Source of the DNA: the human T2T-CHM13v2.0 reference genome, Homo sapiens
DNA: 64,000 bases
Direction: 5' to 3' (one strand)
Assembly: GCF_009914755.1 (NCBI RefSeq)
Contig: NC_060929.1
A program made the position numbers and the translations under genes. The stretch's first letter is position 1; every line of letters begins with the position of its first letter. Shown here piece after piece: positions 12,622-23,799 of this stretch. Under the pieces are notes generated by a model. It did no database searches and had not been told where the DNA came from. It saw only the letters and a list, made by a program, of their open reading frames with translations.

Positions 12622-14086
12622 AAGAGTAACTGAAAGTCACCCAAGAGAATGTGGAAAAGAGTCAAAGGAAATGTATTTCTCCCTCAATAGGTCATTTCCT
12701 AGACAACTTTCCAGAATACGACAAGAAGCACATAACTTCATGATCAAGGTCAGAAAGATGCTTTTTCTGTAAAGTGCCTCATGAGAAATTTTGTATGCTT
12801 TATTTTTTTCAAGGTGAAAAAAAGTTTGTGAATGTTTAAAAATAATTCTTTTCAAATTGTCCCAGTGCAGTAATTTTTAGAATGCAAACTCACTCTGAAA
12901 AAAAAAAAAGAAACTAAGAAGTGTTCATTTGGATAAGCATGAGAGGATTTTCTTATTCTTACAAAGAATGTAATTGTAGTTAATTAAGTGCAGGAGTAGA
13001 GTCTAGAAGGAGAACTGATGGATTCTACTTTGATGCACGCTCCATTTCTCATATCATTCTTTCCTGTATACATAGCATCTAGCCAAAGGATGTAGCATTG
13101 TTCAATATAATGTGGAGGGTAACTGAACGATCAGCTTGGCTTCACACTGCAACAGTGCTGATGTTTGCTAAAATGCCCAAACCCAGTGGGATAAATAATT
13201 CACAGTTTCCCTGAAAGATATGAGGGAAGGGGTTTGACAGGATGATAAAAGAAGAATGCTGCTCTACTCATCTTCTTTCAAAGGATGGAAAGACTTGTCA
13301 ACTCTATCCTAGTTCTCAAATAAAGCATGAAATTTACAACCCCAAATTGAGATTCTCATTTTCAGCCACAGCTATTCTTAATTTCTGTTCTACTGATACT
13401 ATAGGCATAGAGAGATAAGTCAGATGATTTGCAGCTCAAACTATAAAAGAAGTTTTGGAAAGACAATAGAAAAGAAGAAGGTTTGGTAGGTTTGGAAAAT
13501 TCTTTTTCTTCTAATGCACTATAAAATGTGAAGCAGAAACACAATAGCTTAATGAGTTTCCATCTCTGTACTGTGACAAATCTACAATTTGGCCATTGTA
13601 AAAGTAATGATGTGTTTCATTAATTTCATACGTTCTTTTAATAGAGTATTTGGAGGAAAGACATTTTTGCTTTAGAAATTAGAGCAAAGAAAAGCGGATA
13701 AAAGCTTCAAGTTGGTGTTCAGTACTTCCTGGAATACATTAATAACATTCATCCGCCTTTTCAAACACACAGACAAATCTCAAAGTGATGCTTTGTCTTC
13801 TCAGTCATAATTCTAATAATAATGGAAGATGAGACATCCTTACCTCCTAGTCTCTCCCCACAATCCCCACTCCCTGGCTTGCACATGCACACAAATAATG
13901 CACTTTTTACTAGTACATTTGCATCTGGAAGTTCACATTCTATAACCTCCATCAATACATGTGGATACTCCAGGGCACATCCTCTGTGCCATTTCCAAAT
14001 GCCCTATGGGGCTCACTCTTCAGACACAAGTCACATAATCTATGTAGTTCCACCTGCCTTTTCACAGATATCCTCATAGTGTGCTT

Positions 14087-14570
14087 TCTTAGGCTGGGAT
14101 CCCCCAGGATCTGACTCCAGATAAGGATTTTAATACAAGTGCTTTATTTGTGAGGGGATCCAAGTAGCACCAGTAGTGGGATGAGGAAATGAGAGAGGGA
14201 AGGTAAAGAAGCCGCTAAACGGTGCCCTACTGAGCCAGTTATCATGGTGGGCAATGGGGGCATAACCCCACTGGGGACTGTTGAGAGCCAGTGTAAAACA
14301 TATCTCAGAGTTCTCACCACTGGGGTATATATCCACCAACTCCCATGTGCCATTGGCTGCTCTCTGGGGGAATGAAATCCCAGTGCTTTCAGCCTGCACT
14401 CTTTGTAAGTCAATGGAAGCTGTTAGGAGGAAAGCCAAAAAGTCTTGCAGTAGGGCCCCATCTGTACGTGTGGGACAAGTGAGAGCTGAGAGGGTGAGAG
14501 TGAGCAAATGTGGCTGCTGATGGTGCCATAAGACTCCTTTATACCTCAGTTGTCCAAATGCTACTGTCCA
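14087..14570 (-). mobile_element. ERVL LTR, LTR33-like
   Basis: TCTTAGGCTGGGATCCCCCAG...ATAAGGATTT...TTTATTTGTGAGGGGATCC...CTGGGGTATATATCCACCAACTCCCAT matches my recollection of the reverse LTR33 consensus. Confidence 0.75.
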
Positions 14571-16265
14571 CAAACCATATGGCAGGTTTTCAAACCAGTC
14601 ACAGAAACACATTCATCTGCCACACTTCTTCCTTGCATTCAGAAGCTTGACAGTGATGAGTTTTACTTGACTATGTCTTTAGAAACAACTCTGGGCTTGT
14701 TCTGTAACCCTAACAGAGGCAGCTGGAATTTACAAACCCACTGTGAAATGTGATGGGCTCAGTGTGTTTCTTCTCCAGCAGTGTCTTACTTCTCTTAGTG
14801 AAATTTCTGTCCCAATCTTGTGAATAGAAAAGCGAGGCTGGGGGTTTGGGGATGGAGTGGGAGGAAGGAAAATCTACATCATAGAGAAGGTTTACATATA
14901 GAAAAACACAGCATAGTGGGGTAGATCTCAAAGTCTATTGCAGTTTTCTGAAGGGCAGAAGGTGGGTTTTTTGTTGTTGTCTATCATTTTCCTTAGAAAC
15001 ACCCTTTACCCAAGGGTAAATTAAGTGCTGCTCTAGAAGCCCTGTCATGGCCAACAACTCGGCAATGGACTGTTGAGGTCTTGAGGTTTCTGCAGAGGTA
15101 TTTTCAGTTGGTGGGGCTCCAGCACTTTCTTGTTCCGCAGTTCTAAGCCTATTTGCATGAAGCATTCTTCAGGTTAACTGCTCAACTCTCACCTTCATGA
15201 ATCTGGCATATGAGCAATTATCTCTCTCCAAGGACCGGCATTTGTTGGTCTGATTTTCTCGTTCATAGAGTGATGAGATTTCTGCTTGACGTCCTAGTGC
15301 CCCTGAGCCTGGCAGGACATGAGTGGTACTCCTGGGCAACCACAGCACTGTTCCAGATAAGAGCAGTTCTCACTCTGAGGACCCTCAAGTCTTCCATGAA
15401 CTCAGGTCCTTAAAGACACAAGAACAAATACCTAAACGGGAACTGCGCCGAGACGTGTGTATGTGTGTACATGTGGGTACCTTATGTGGAAGCACACACA
15501 TGTACATGTGCGCAGGAGCTGAAGGGAGCATGATAATTCCCTACGATGCCATGAATAAGAGAACAGCTGTTTATCTCAGATATTAAAAGAATGTCAATTG
15601 GGTTGAGTTTTCTTTTGGCACAAGAATAAGGAATGCTTAAGTTTCCCACTTGCATTTAATTTATTTTTAGGTTTATTCACCACCATTTGTCAGGTTTCTT
15701 GAGCGTGACCTGAAACTGACCTTTAGATAAACGTGAAGGCAAACAGAGCCCTGAAACTCTATCTGTATGTTCTTTTGTCTTGGGAACTGTAAATCGGGGC
15801 ATTAGGTGAATAACACAGCTTGGCTTTGTGTCATGAAAAGTAATTCGGGCTGTGGTAAGGGCAGGATTTATGAAGCTGTCTGGCTAGACTTGGGCAAAAT
15901 GCCAGCTTACACCTGCCTTGCAGATATGGATGTGTGCAGTTGTCACCTTGCTGAAGCAGCCAAATTCCTTTCACTGGATAGAGGCATTGCTCTGCCACCA
16001 AAGCTGGGAGCGGGTAGGGAGGCACTGGTGGGGGCACCTGCTGTGGAGGAGCGAAACAGTCTTTAGGAAACAGACAGCATAGACTTCCCTTTTTGAACTT
16101 CCCTTTTCTAACTCCCAGGCAAAACTCTCTTTAAAAAAAAATGTAATTACTATTTCCAAAACATTGTAAGTAATCTTGTGGGGTTGGCAAGAAAATGAAA
16201 GTAAATCAATTTGCAAAGCTTTACAGCTTTTTTTTTTTTTTTTTAATGAGAGATTGTGTCATAGC

Positions 16266-16400
16266 TAAGGTGGCTATATAATTTATCATCCAAACAGGGA
16301 CACTTTTCAAAGTGAAAAAGGGAGGGCTGTAATTAATTCAGCCAGGACAACAGGCATAAATTGGGGCTGTCTGAGGCAAACCAGGATGGACGAGGACCCT
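16266..16400. mobile_element. hAT-Blackjack MITE, MER94-like
   Basis: TAAGGTGGCTATATAATTTATCATCCAAACAGGGACACTTTT...GGCAAACCAGGA...GACCCTA, with degenerate TAGGGTGACC terminal inverted repeats. Confidence 0.75.
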
Positions 16401-16871
16401 AGTCATGAAAATTTACACTGCCACACAATGAACCCACCAAAGGACTGTTGTGTTACAAGGATGCTTCTCTAAGAAGTGACAGAAATTACACTGTCTCGTT
16501 GATGGTGCTGGACTCCCTCCACAAAGCAGATGGCCAAATTGTCATGATGCCAAATCACACTGCAGAATTTCTGTAGTAAAATCGTCATGCGCCCTTTTTC
16601 TCAGTGCCTTCCCCATCTCAGAAAAGTGCAAAAGCTCAGCAAATCCTTGCTTTTCCTGAGAATGGCCATCAGATAATATACAAAGCCTGGTCAGCATCTG
16701 ATTAATTAGGATAAAGGCACAAGGGAGAATGTACAGTGTATGGGGAATAGCACTGATCTTTTTTATCTCAATGCTAATGAACTTTGACATGAACTTCCCC
16801 TTCTCCAGCAAAGTCATTTCTTAGAGTTTTCAGCTTTCTCCCCATTTTCTCATACTTTATAGCTTCACTGG

Positions 16872-17308
16872 TGTATTCATTTCATATGGATGCCATAACA
16901 AATAATAAAAAAATTTGGTGTCTAAAAACGAGAAATTATTTTCTCATAACACTGGGAGCCAGAAGTCTGAAATCAAGACGTCAGCAGGACTATGCTCCCT
17001 CCAAAGACTTTAGGGGAGAATTCTTCCTTACCTCTCCCAATTTGTGGTGGCTCCTGGTGTTCTTTGGCTTGTGGCAACATAACTGCAAACTCTGCCCCTC
17101 TTTCCACATGGCCTTCTTCTTGGGTCTCTGTGTCCTTTCCTCTTTTATAAGGATACCTGTCATTGAACTTTGTGCCCACCTTATATCTGGGATAATTTCG
17201 TCTTGAGATTTTTAAATAACTACATCTGCAAAGATCTTATTTCCAAATAACATTCTGAGATTCTGGTTTGACACAGATTTGGGGGGGAACATTGTTCAAC
17301 TCACTACA
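16872..17308 (-). mobile_element. MaLR solo LTR, MLT1C-like
   Basis: TGTATTCATT...GCCATAACAAAT...GCCAGAAGTCTGAAATCAAG...ACATCTGCAAAGA...TTCAACTCACTACA. Confidence 0.85.
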
Positions 17309-17589
17309 ATTAGTAAATGACAAACAAATAAATTTCTAAAAAGTAGTCCTTAAACTCCTGGCGACCCCTAGCCCCCATCCAGGTAATTGACTGCATGTGT
17401 TGTGAAACCCAGTGCCTCTACATTGCTTCTCTTGCTGTGCGGTTCACATGACAGTCCAGAGGAGGAGGCTACCCACAGAGAATGTATAACTTGAACTCAG
17501 CCTTAATAGAAGCTTAATAGAAGTTTGGATAAATTGTGAGAAGGGAGAGGGCATTTGAGTTGAAATTTTAAATCTCTCTTTTAAGCGTC

Positions 17590-18155
17590 AGCCATAGTGA
17601 TAACCAAAATGTCTCTTCCTTCTGTAAGAGCCTAAAATTCAACTCAAGCAGGCTTATGCAAAAATGGGCTAATGTATCAGCGATAGTAACGGAAAAGTCC
17701 AAGTCTAGGCCCAAGAATCACTGGATGTTGCTCCTGTAAGAGTGCTTTCAGAAATACACTAGTCTCTTCTTGACTTGGGCTTCCTCTGTTTTGACATAAT
17801 TCCTTGAGAAATGGTCCCAAGCAGCTCCATACTAACAGGCTCTCACATTAGTAAATCCAACAGAAATTTCATGTTTCTTTCCCAGCAGTTCCAGAAAAAG
17901 TGGATGTTAAATGGCTGTGATGGTCACACGTTCTCTCCTGAGTAATCATTCTGTCAGGGGCTACTGTACTCCTCCTTCCAGGTCTGAGTCACCTGCCCTA
18001 CTTAGAGCCATGGGGTGGAGTCAGCCATACCCAAATCATGTGGACTAAGCATGAGAAGAGTGAGGGAGGATTCACTTATTCTAGGAAAGCCATTGTGATG
18101 TTAGAGGGGAAGGAGAAATAAATGTAGGCAAACAAAAATAACGGCTGTCCACTCC
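17590..18155 (-). mobile_element. Old MaLR LTR (MLT1J/K-like)
   Basis: AATTCAACTCAAGCAGGCTTA...GTAACGGAAAAGTCC...GAGTCACCTGCCC...GGGGTGGAGTCAGCC...GCTGTCCACT. Confidence 0.65.
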
Positions 18156-18345
18156 CCTCACTCTGACAACTTTTACAACCACTTCAGACACTATCGGGAG
18201 AATTTCTATTCAGCTGTAAGAGCTGTGTCTGTCCCCAGATAATCCACAAAAATACAAAATGTCTGCTTTGGCACCACAGGTACCACAGATATGTTTTATT
18301 TACGCATGGTACCTTAGACCCTATTTTCAGGCAACTAGATGGAAG

Positions 18346-18755
18346 GTATATCAATCTGCTAGTACTGCCATAAAAAAAATCACAGACTGGGTGGCTTCAA
18401 CAACAGAAATTTATTTCCTCACAGTTCTGGAGCTACAAGTCCAAGACCATTGTGCTGGCCAGCTCAGTTTCTGGTGAGGGCTCCCTTCCTGACTGGTAGG
18501 GGCCTGTCTTCTCCCTGTGTCCTCGCATGGCCTTTCCTTTGTGCTCCTGCAGAGAGAGAGAAAGAGAGAGAAAGTTCTCTTGTGTTTCTTTCTCTTATAA
18601 GGACACCAGTCACATTGGATTAAGGTTCTACCATTTTTTTTTAACCTCATTTAATCTTGATTACCTCCTTAAAGGCCACATCCCCAAATACAGTCACATT
18701 GGGGGTTGGGGATTCAACATATTGATTTTGAGGAAACACAGTTTAGTCCATAACA
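18346..18755 (-). mobile_element. MaLR solo LTR, MLT1A/MLT1B-like
   Basis: CACAGACTGGGTGGCTTCAACAACAGAAATTTATTTCCTCACAGTTCTGGAG...TTATAAGGACACCAGTC...AGTCCATAACA. Confidence 0.85.
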
Positions 18756-20995
18756 AACAGGAAAACATTTTTATTCCACTTACCTCTTACTTAATGTTTT
18801 CCAAAGACTTGAAGCAATACATTTTGACACTGATTAACTCTGCCATGTGGTGCCACTTCAAATATTTTTTCAAGTGCAAGATGTAAAATATTTTCCAGTT
18901 TCCAATCCATGATATCTCAGAGGTCACATCATGATCCCAAGCACAGCCAGAATCCTATCAGTCTTCCCCTATCAATTAACCCTACAATTGTTTCCATTTA
19001 ATTGCCAGGTGTTTTTTCTCAGATTAGCAGGCCAACAACTAGACTGCTGCCTCCCAAAAATATTTTCAGACATGAATGACACACGTACACACAAATATTC
19101 TATGGCATGCAACATGATGAGATCCTAAGCATATACTGATGTTATAGCCAAGCCTGATTTATGGATGTAATCTCTAAGTATTATGGTGCTTGATTATTTG
19201 AATTTCTTTCCACTTAAGCTGACATCAATATATAGAAAAAAGACCATCTGAAAACATGTGATACCTATTAAGTGAAACACGAAACATGACTCTTAAAAGC
19301 AAATTGGTTACTAATTCCTGGAGCTGAGTTTATTTAAATCCCATTTAAACCAAGTACCTGTTCTAAGGAAACATTTAGAAATCAAAATCCAGAAAACAAA
19401 AGGAAAATTCAGCTCTGGCTCTAGGTTGCCTGATAAAATATTCTGACCCGATGCTGTGCCAAGTTCGCCCAGAATTTATAATACAATCCTTGTTTGAGTT
19501 TCTCAGGTACTCCAGATTGGAAATGCACCGAGTCACTATTCCCTCTGTGTTTGCCAATTTGACTTCAAAGTCACACATTAGAATTCATTAGCCAGTTATT
19601 GAACTACCCCCTTGTTCCTAGTGTGCAATTTAAAAAGAATTTACAAGTTAAAAAATAGTATAAAGACTACCTCTAAAATGTTTTCATTTTGGAAAAAAAA
19701 ATCGTGTCTACTTAACACATTAGTTGCTTTTGACAAGCTTTAGTTTTAGATGACTTGGGTAGAATTCAGTGTGTCATTCTTGGCATCATGTTCTCACTGG
19801 AACCTTGACAATATTAACATCTCCATCTTTGAGAAGACTAAAACTGGAGTTACCGCAAATCTTGGATTCAATGCTTTTTAGTATTTACACTCAAAAGTAT
19901 CCTTTTTTCACAGGCCCCCTTTTGAGAAAAGGCACAAAAAGCAGGGTGGGAGTGAATGAACGTTTAACCCCTGAAGGCTGTGCAGACACTTAAACAGAGA
20001 AATAAGCATTGACATTGCAGTCCAACGTAAAGGAGGTCCAATTAAAAGCTTTTTTTGTATTAACTAAGATAGATAGTTTTTAGTAAGTCTGCATATATAT
20101 TTATATTCAGCTCTGTAGAATACAGGATAAATTTAGAATAACAATCATCTCTGGGGTTGGACTTATTTATTACTAATATTAGTGGTATTAACAAAAGGAA
20201 AATAGCACCGAGGAGTAATTATTATATCCAAGCTTTATGAGGCCTTTTTTTTGAAAAATGTTTTTCTAAACTGAAAATGAAGAGGATAACATCTTGAATG
20301 TAATCCTTGACAGCTTCTATTATGGTTTCTGTCACCTTTTAGTATACTTCCTAACTGTGCGTACTACAGAAAATGGCAAGGAATTAATCAGGTTGCCAAA
20401 AGAGTTGGGTTACACAGCATGCAGAAAGCACTTCAGCTACATTATTTGTACAATTTCTGTAGGGAGTTGTGCAATAGAGGCCTTAAATTTAATATGTCTG
20501 GCCCCTTTCCACCTGGACTCAGTTCAAACCCATTGCCTGCAGCTTGCTGAATCCAGAGTGGGAAATCAGTCATTATATTAGGAACCAATGGCAAATGATT
20601 CCAATTCACATTTTTCAGCTGGTACATTTTTTAACCTAGAGCAACACCAAATTGGAAAATTCTGCAATTCTGCAAGCTGGGCATTAGATCTATATTGCAG
20701 TCTAAATACATTTCTAGTCTTAAGAAGTTGACAAGATGATTTTTCTTTAGAATTTCTTTAGTTGATGTGCCATTGACAGAAATTTCAAGGTCTACCACAT
20801 CATCACCTTTTGCTGGTCCTTTGTTTTTCTCACTGAGGGTAAGTGGTGGTGTCAGTGCCATAAACTGCAATAATCTATGAAACATTGACTCGACTCCTTT
20901 ATGCCTGTGGCCACATTAGGTAAATTGAAAGGCCATATGCAGCAAAATGAAACTTTCTTGGAGATTGTTAAAAACAAACAAACAAACAAAAAATT

Positions 20996-21300
<305 letters not shown>

Positions 21301-21329
21301 TTATTAGTAAGTAAACATAAAGGAAAGTA

Positions 21330-22085
21330 ATGCTATATGGAAAATGAAATGAAGAAGCAAGTAATAGAAAAAGAAAGGCCAACCACCTCTTAACCATATG
21401 AATATATGGTCAAACATGTTGGTAGCAAGGAAATGTAAAATAAAATATAAATGAGATCTCACTTTCTATTCTTCACATTGAAAACTAATATCAAGTGCTG
21501 GTGAGAATATAGGGCAACATACTTTGCTGGTAGAATAAAGAATTGCTACAACCTTTATGAAAAGAATCTATCAATACCCATTGACCTAGACATCCCAATT
21601 TTGAAAATATACAAAAAGATGAGTAGGTAAAGTCGGAAGTACAAATATGTTTAAGGCAGTCATATTTAAACTACAAAAATTATTAAAACAACCCAAAACG
21701 CTATTGATAAGGAAATGCTTGGTTAAGTTATGGTCAATATAGTGACTGGTATGCAACTATTTTAAAATGGGCCCTATAAGTATTTGCTTAGAGGCAGTTA
21801 TATAATGTATTGCTTAATTTAAAAAGCAAATTATAGAGTGTTATGTAGAATATAGCCACCTTTAAAAAAAACACAATAAATTATAGACATGTGAACATGA
21901 ATGTGCATTTGTGTATGTATGTGTTTTATTAAGAAAAGTATAGAAAGGTATACAAAAACAGAAATAGGTTTAGAGGAAAGAAAAGTGAAGAATATTAACA
22001 TTTCACTTCTATAAGCCTATATTGTTGAGCTTATTAAAATAAGCATGTATTATTTTTGTAAATAAAATTTAATAAAATTAAAAGG
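21330..22085 (+). mobile_element. Old L1 3' end (L1ME-like)
   Basis: ATCAAGTGCTGGTGAGAAT...TGCTGGT...ATTGCTACAACCTT...CCCATTGACCTAG are remnants of the ORF2 C-terminus and 3'UTR. Confidence 0.6.
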
Positions 22086-22125
22086 AGCAAAAAGGGCAAT
22101 TAATTTTAGAGCTATAATTTACAGG

Positions 22126-22595
22126 TGTATTTCAATTAGGGTTCTCTAAAGAAGCAGAATCAATAGGGTGTGTGTGTGTATGTGTGTGTGTAGATGTTCA
22201 TATATAACTATATAATATATAATGTATAACTATAATACAATTATATGAATATATATATAGGTATATAGACAGACTGACAAATTTTAAGGAATTTGATTAT
22301 GGGGGCTGGCAAGTCCAAAATCAGCAGGGTAGGCTAGTAGGCTGGAAACTCAAGCAGGAGTCTTGAGATAGAATTTCTTATTTTCTGAGAAACCTCAGTT
22401 TTTGCTTTTTTAAGGCAACTGCTTGCGTGAGGCCCACCCACATTATTGATGGTAATTTTTTTATGTAAAGTCAACTGATTGTAGAGAGTAACCTTGTCTA
22501 CAAAAATATCTTCACAGTACCACCTAGATTAGTGTTTCAATAAATAACTGGGTACTATAGCCTAATCAAATTGACACATAAGACTAACCATCACA
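22126..22595 (-). repeat. 3' LTR (MLT2D-like) with internal (TG)n/(TA)n tract
   Basis: TGTATT...AGGGTTCTCTAAAGAAGCAGAATCAATAGG at the left end and TTGACACATAAGACTAACCATCACA at the right end. Followed by GTCCACCTCTT, the reverse of the PPT AAGAGGTGGAC. Confidence 0.9.
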
Positions 22596-22968
22596 GTCCA
22601 CCTCTTGTCAAATTGGCAGCCATACACATCTCCTTACAACACACTTAATCTCCAAAGTAAAAACAATAAAACAGTAACAAGTCACACTTTTATTGTATCC
22701 ACCTAACATGATACAACTATGTAGTGTATGACAAAAAAATATACTCTTTCCCCAAAGGGATGCAAAGTCCTTGGATAATGTTCACTCTTCTCTTTGATGT
22801 CCTGTAACTTAAATGCTATGGTGGAAAGGTAGCTATTATTTAATATGTCTTATGTCATTATGATAAGAGGAGAGAAAAGAAAACAGAGATATTTGCCATA
22901 CATACACACAAACACACCTACACTTACACACATACATACACACAAATTTATAACAAAATAAGAAAATA

Positions 22969-23263
22969 GGCAGGGCATGTTAGCTGACAGCTGTAATCCC
23001 AGCACTTTGGGAGGCTGAGGCAGATAGATCACTTGAGGTCAGGAGTTTGAGACCAGCCTGGCCAACATGGCAAAACCCCTTCTCTACTAAAAATACAAAA
23101 ATTAGCTGGGTGTGGTGACACTCCTCTGTAATTCTGGCTACTCAGGAGGCTGAGGCATGAGAATTTCTTGAACCCAGGAGGCACGGGTTGCAGTGAGCCA
23201 AGATCACACCACTGCACTCTAGCCTGGGTGAAGGAGTGAGACTCTGTCTCAAAAAAAAACCAC
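22969..23263 (+). mobile_element. AluS (Sx/Sz-like) inserted in the ERVL internal region
   Basis: Dimeric Alu with a perfect 15-bp TSD CAAAATAAGAAAATA at 22954-22968 and 23264-23278. Confidence 0.95.
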
Positions 23264-23399
23264 CAAAATAAGAAAATAAGGAAGAAAGGCTTGTAACAAT
23301 TTCAATTTTTATTTATGCAAATGGTCACATCGTTTTAGCTGGTATTTAAACTACCTTCTTCCACTATGCCCTTTACCTGGTGGAGTGACACAAACTTCT

Positions 23400-23782
23400 A
23401 TTCCTAAAGGATCTAGGTCATTAATAGTGCTGCCTGAATTGTGATGTTGCAGTTTTCCATTAACATTAATCACAAGGCATGATAATACTAAGAGATGCCC
23501 TAAGGGAGCTCCTATATTTCAGACATACTCTTCCTTCTCTCCATTATGTAGTAGCAGGCCAATTTTCCCTTGGTAATCAGGATCAATCACATCAGTCAGT
23601 ATACAAACAGGTATATTTTTTGCCCGTTGAGTCAGAAGCATGAGGAACCCAAAGTGGCCAGTGGCTATCTTAACATCCAGTTCAGTAGAATCATTGTTTT
23701 GTCTCCTGGTGGAAACATTTCTCCCTTTGGAACTAAGACCTCTAAGGTCAGCAGAGTATGAGATCATGGAGACAGGAAACAA
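23400..23782 (-). pseudogene. ERVL dUTPase remnant
   Basis: ORF 23519-23782 contains GHFGFLM...VIDPDYQGKIGLLLHN (dUTPase motifs), located downstream of integrase as is characteristic of ERVL. Confidence 0.85.
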
Positions 23783-23799
23783 AATGTTGCCAGTGTGTC

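Noticed and set aside
13538-13555. 16/18 match to 47113-47130 (AACACAATAGC-TTAATGA vs -GTTATGA)
   Set aside because: A tempting shared SOX-homeodomain motif, but a rough estimate says many such matches arise by chance in 64 kb of AT-rich DNA.
14130-14612. 160-aa minus-strand ORF
   Set aside because: Lies in the LTR33 element and has no recognisable domain.
14846-14873. G-rich tract as a G-quadruplex
   Set aside because: Only three runs of three or more G.
17502-17523. Short tandem duplication CTTAATAGAAG x2 (similar ones near 2956, 52150 and 62446)
   Set aside because: Ordinary slippage duplications with no array or spacer structure.
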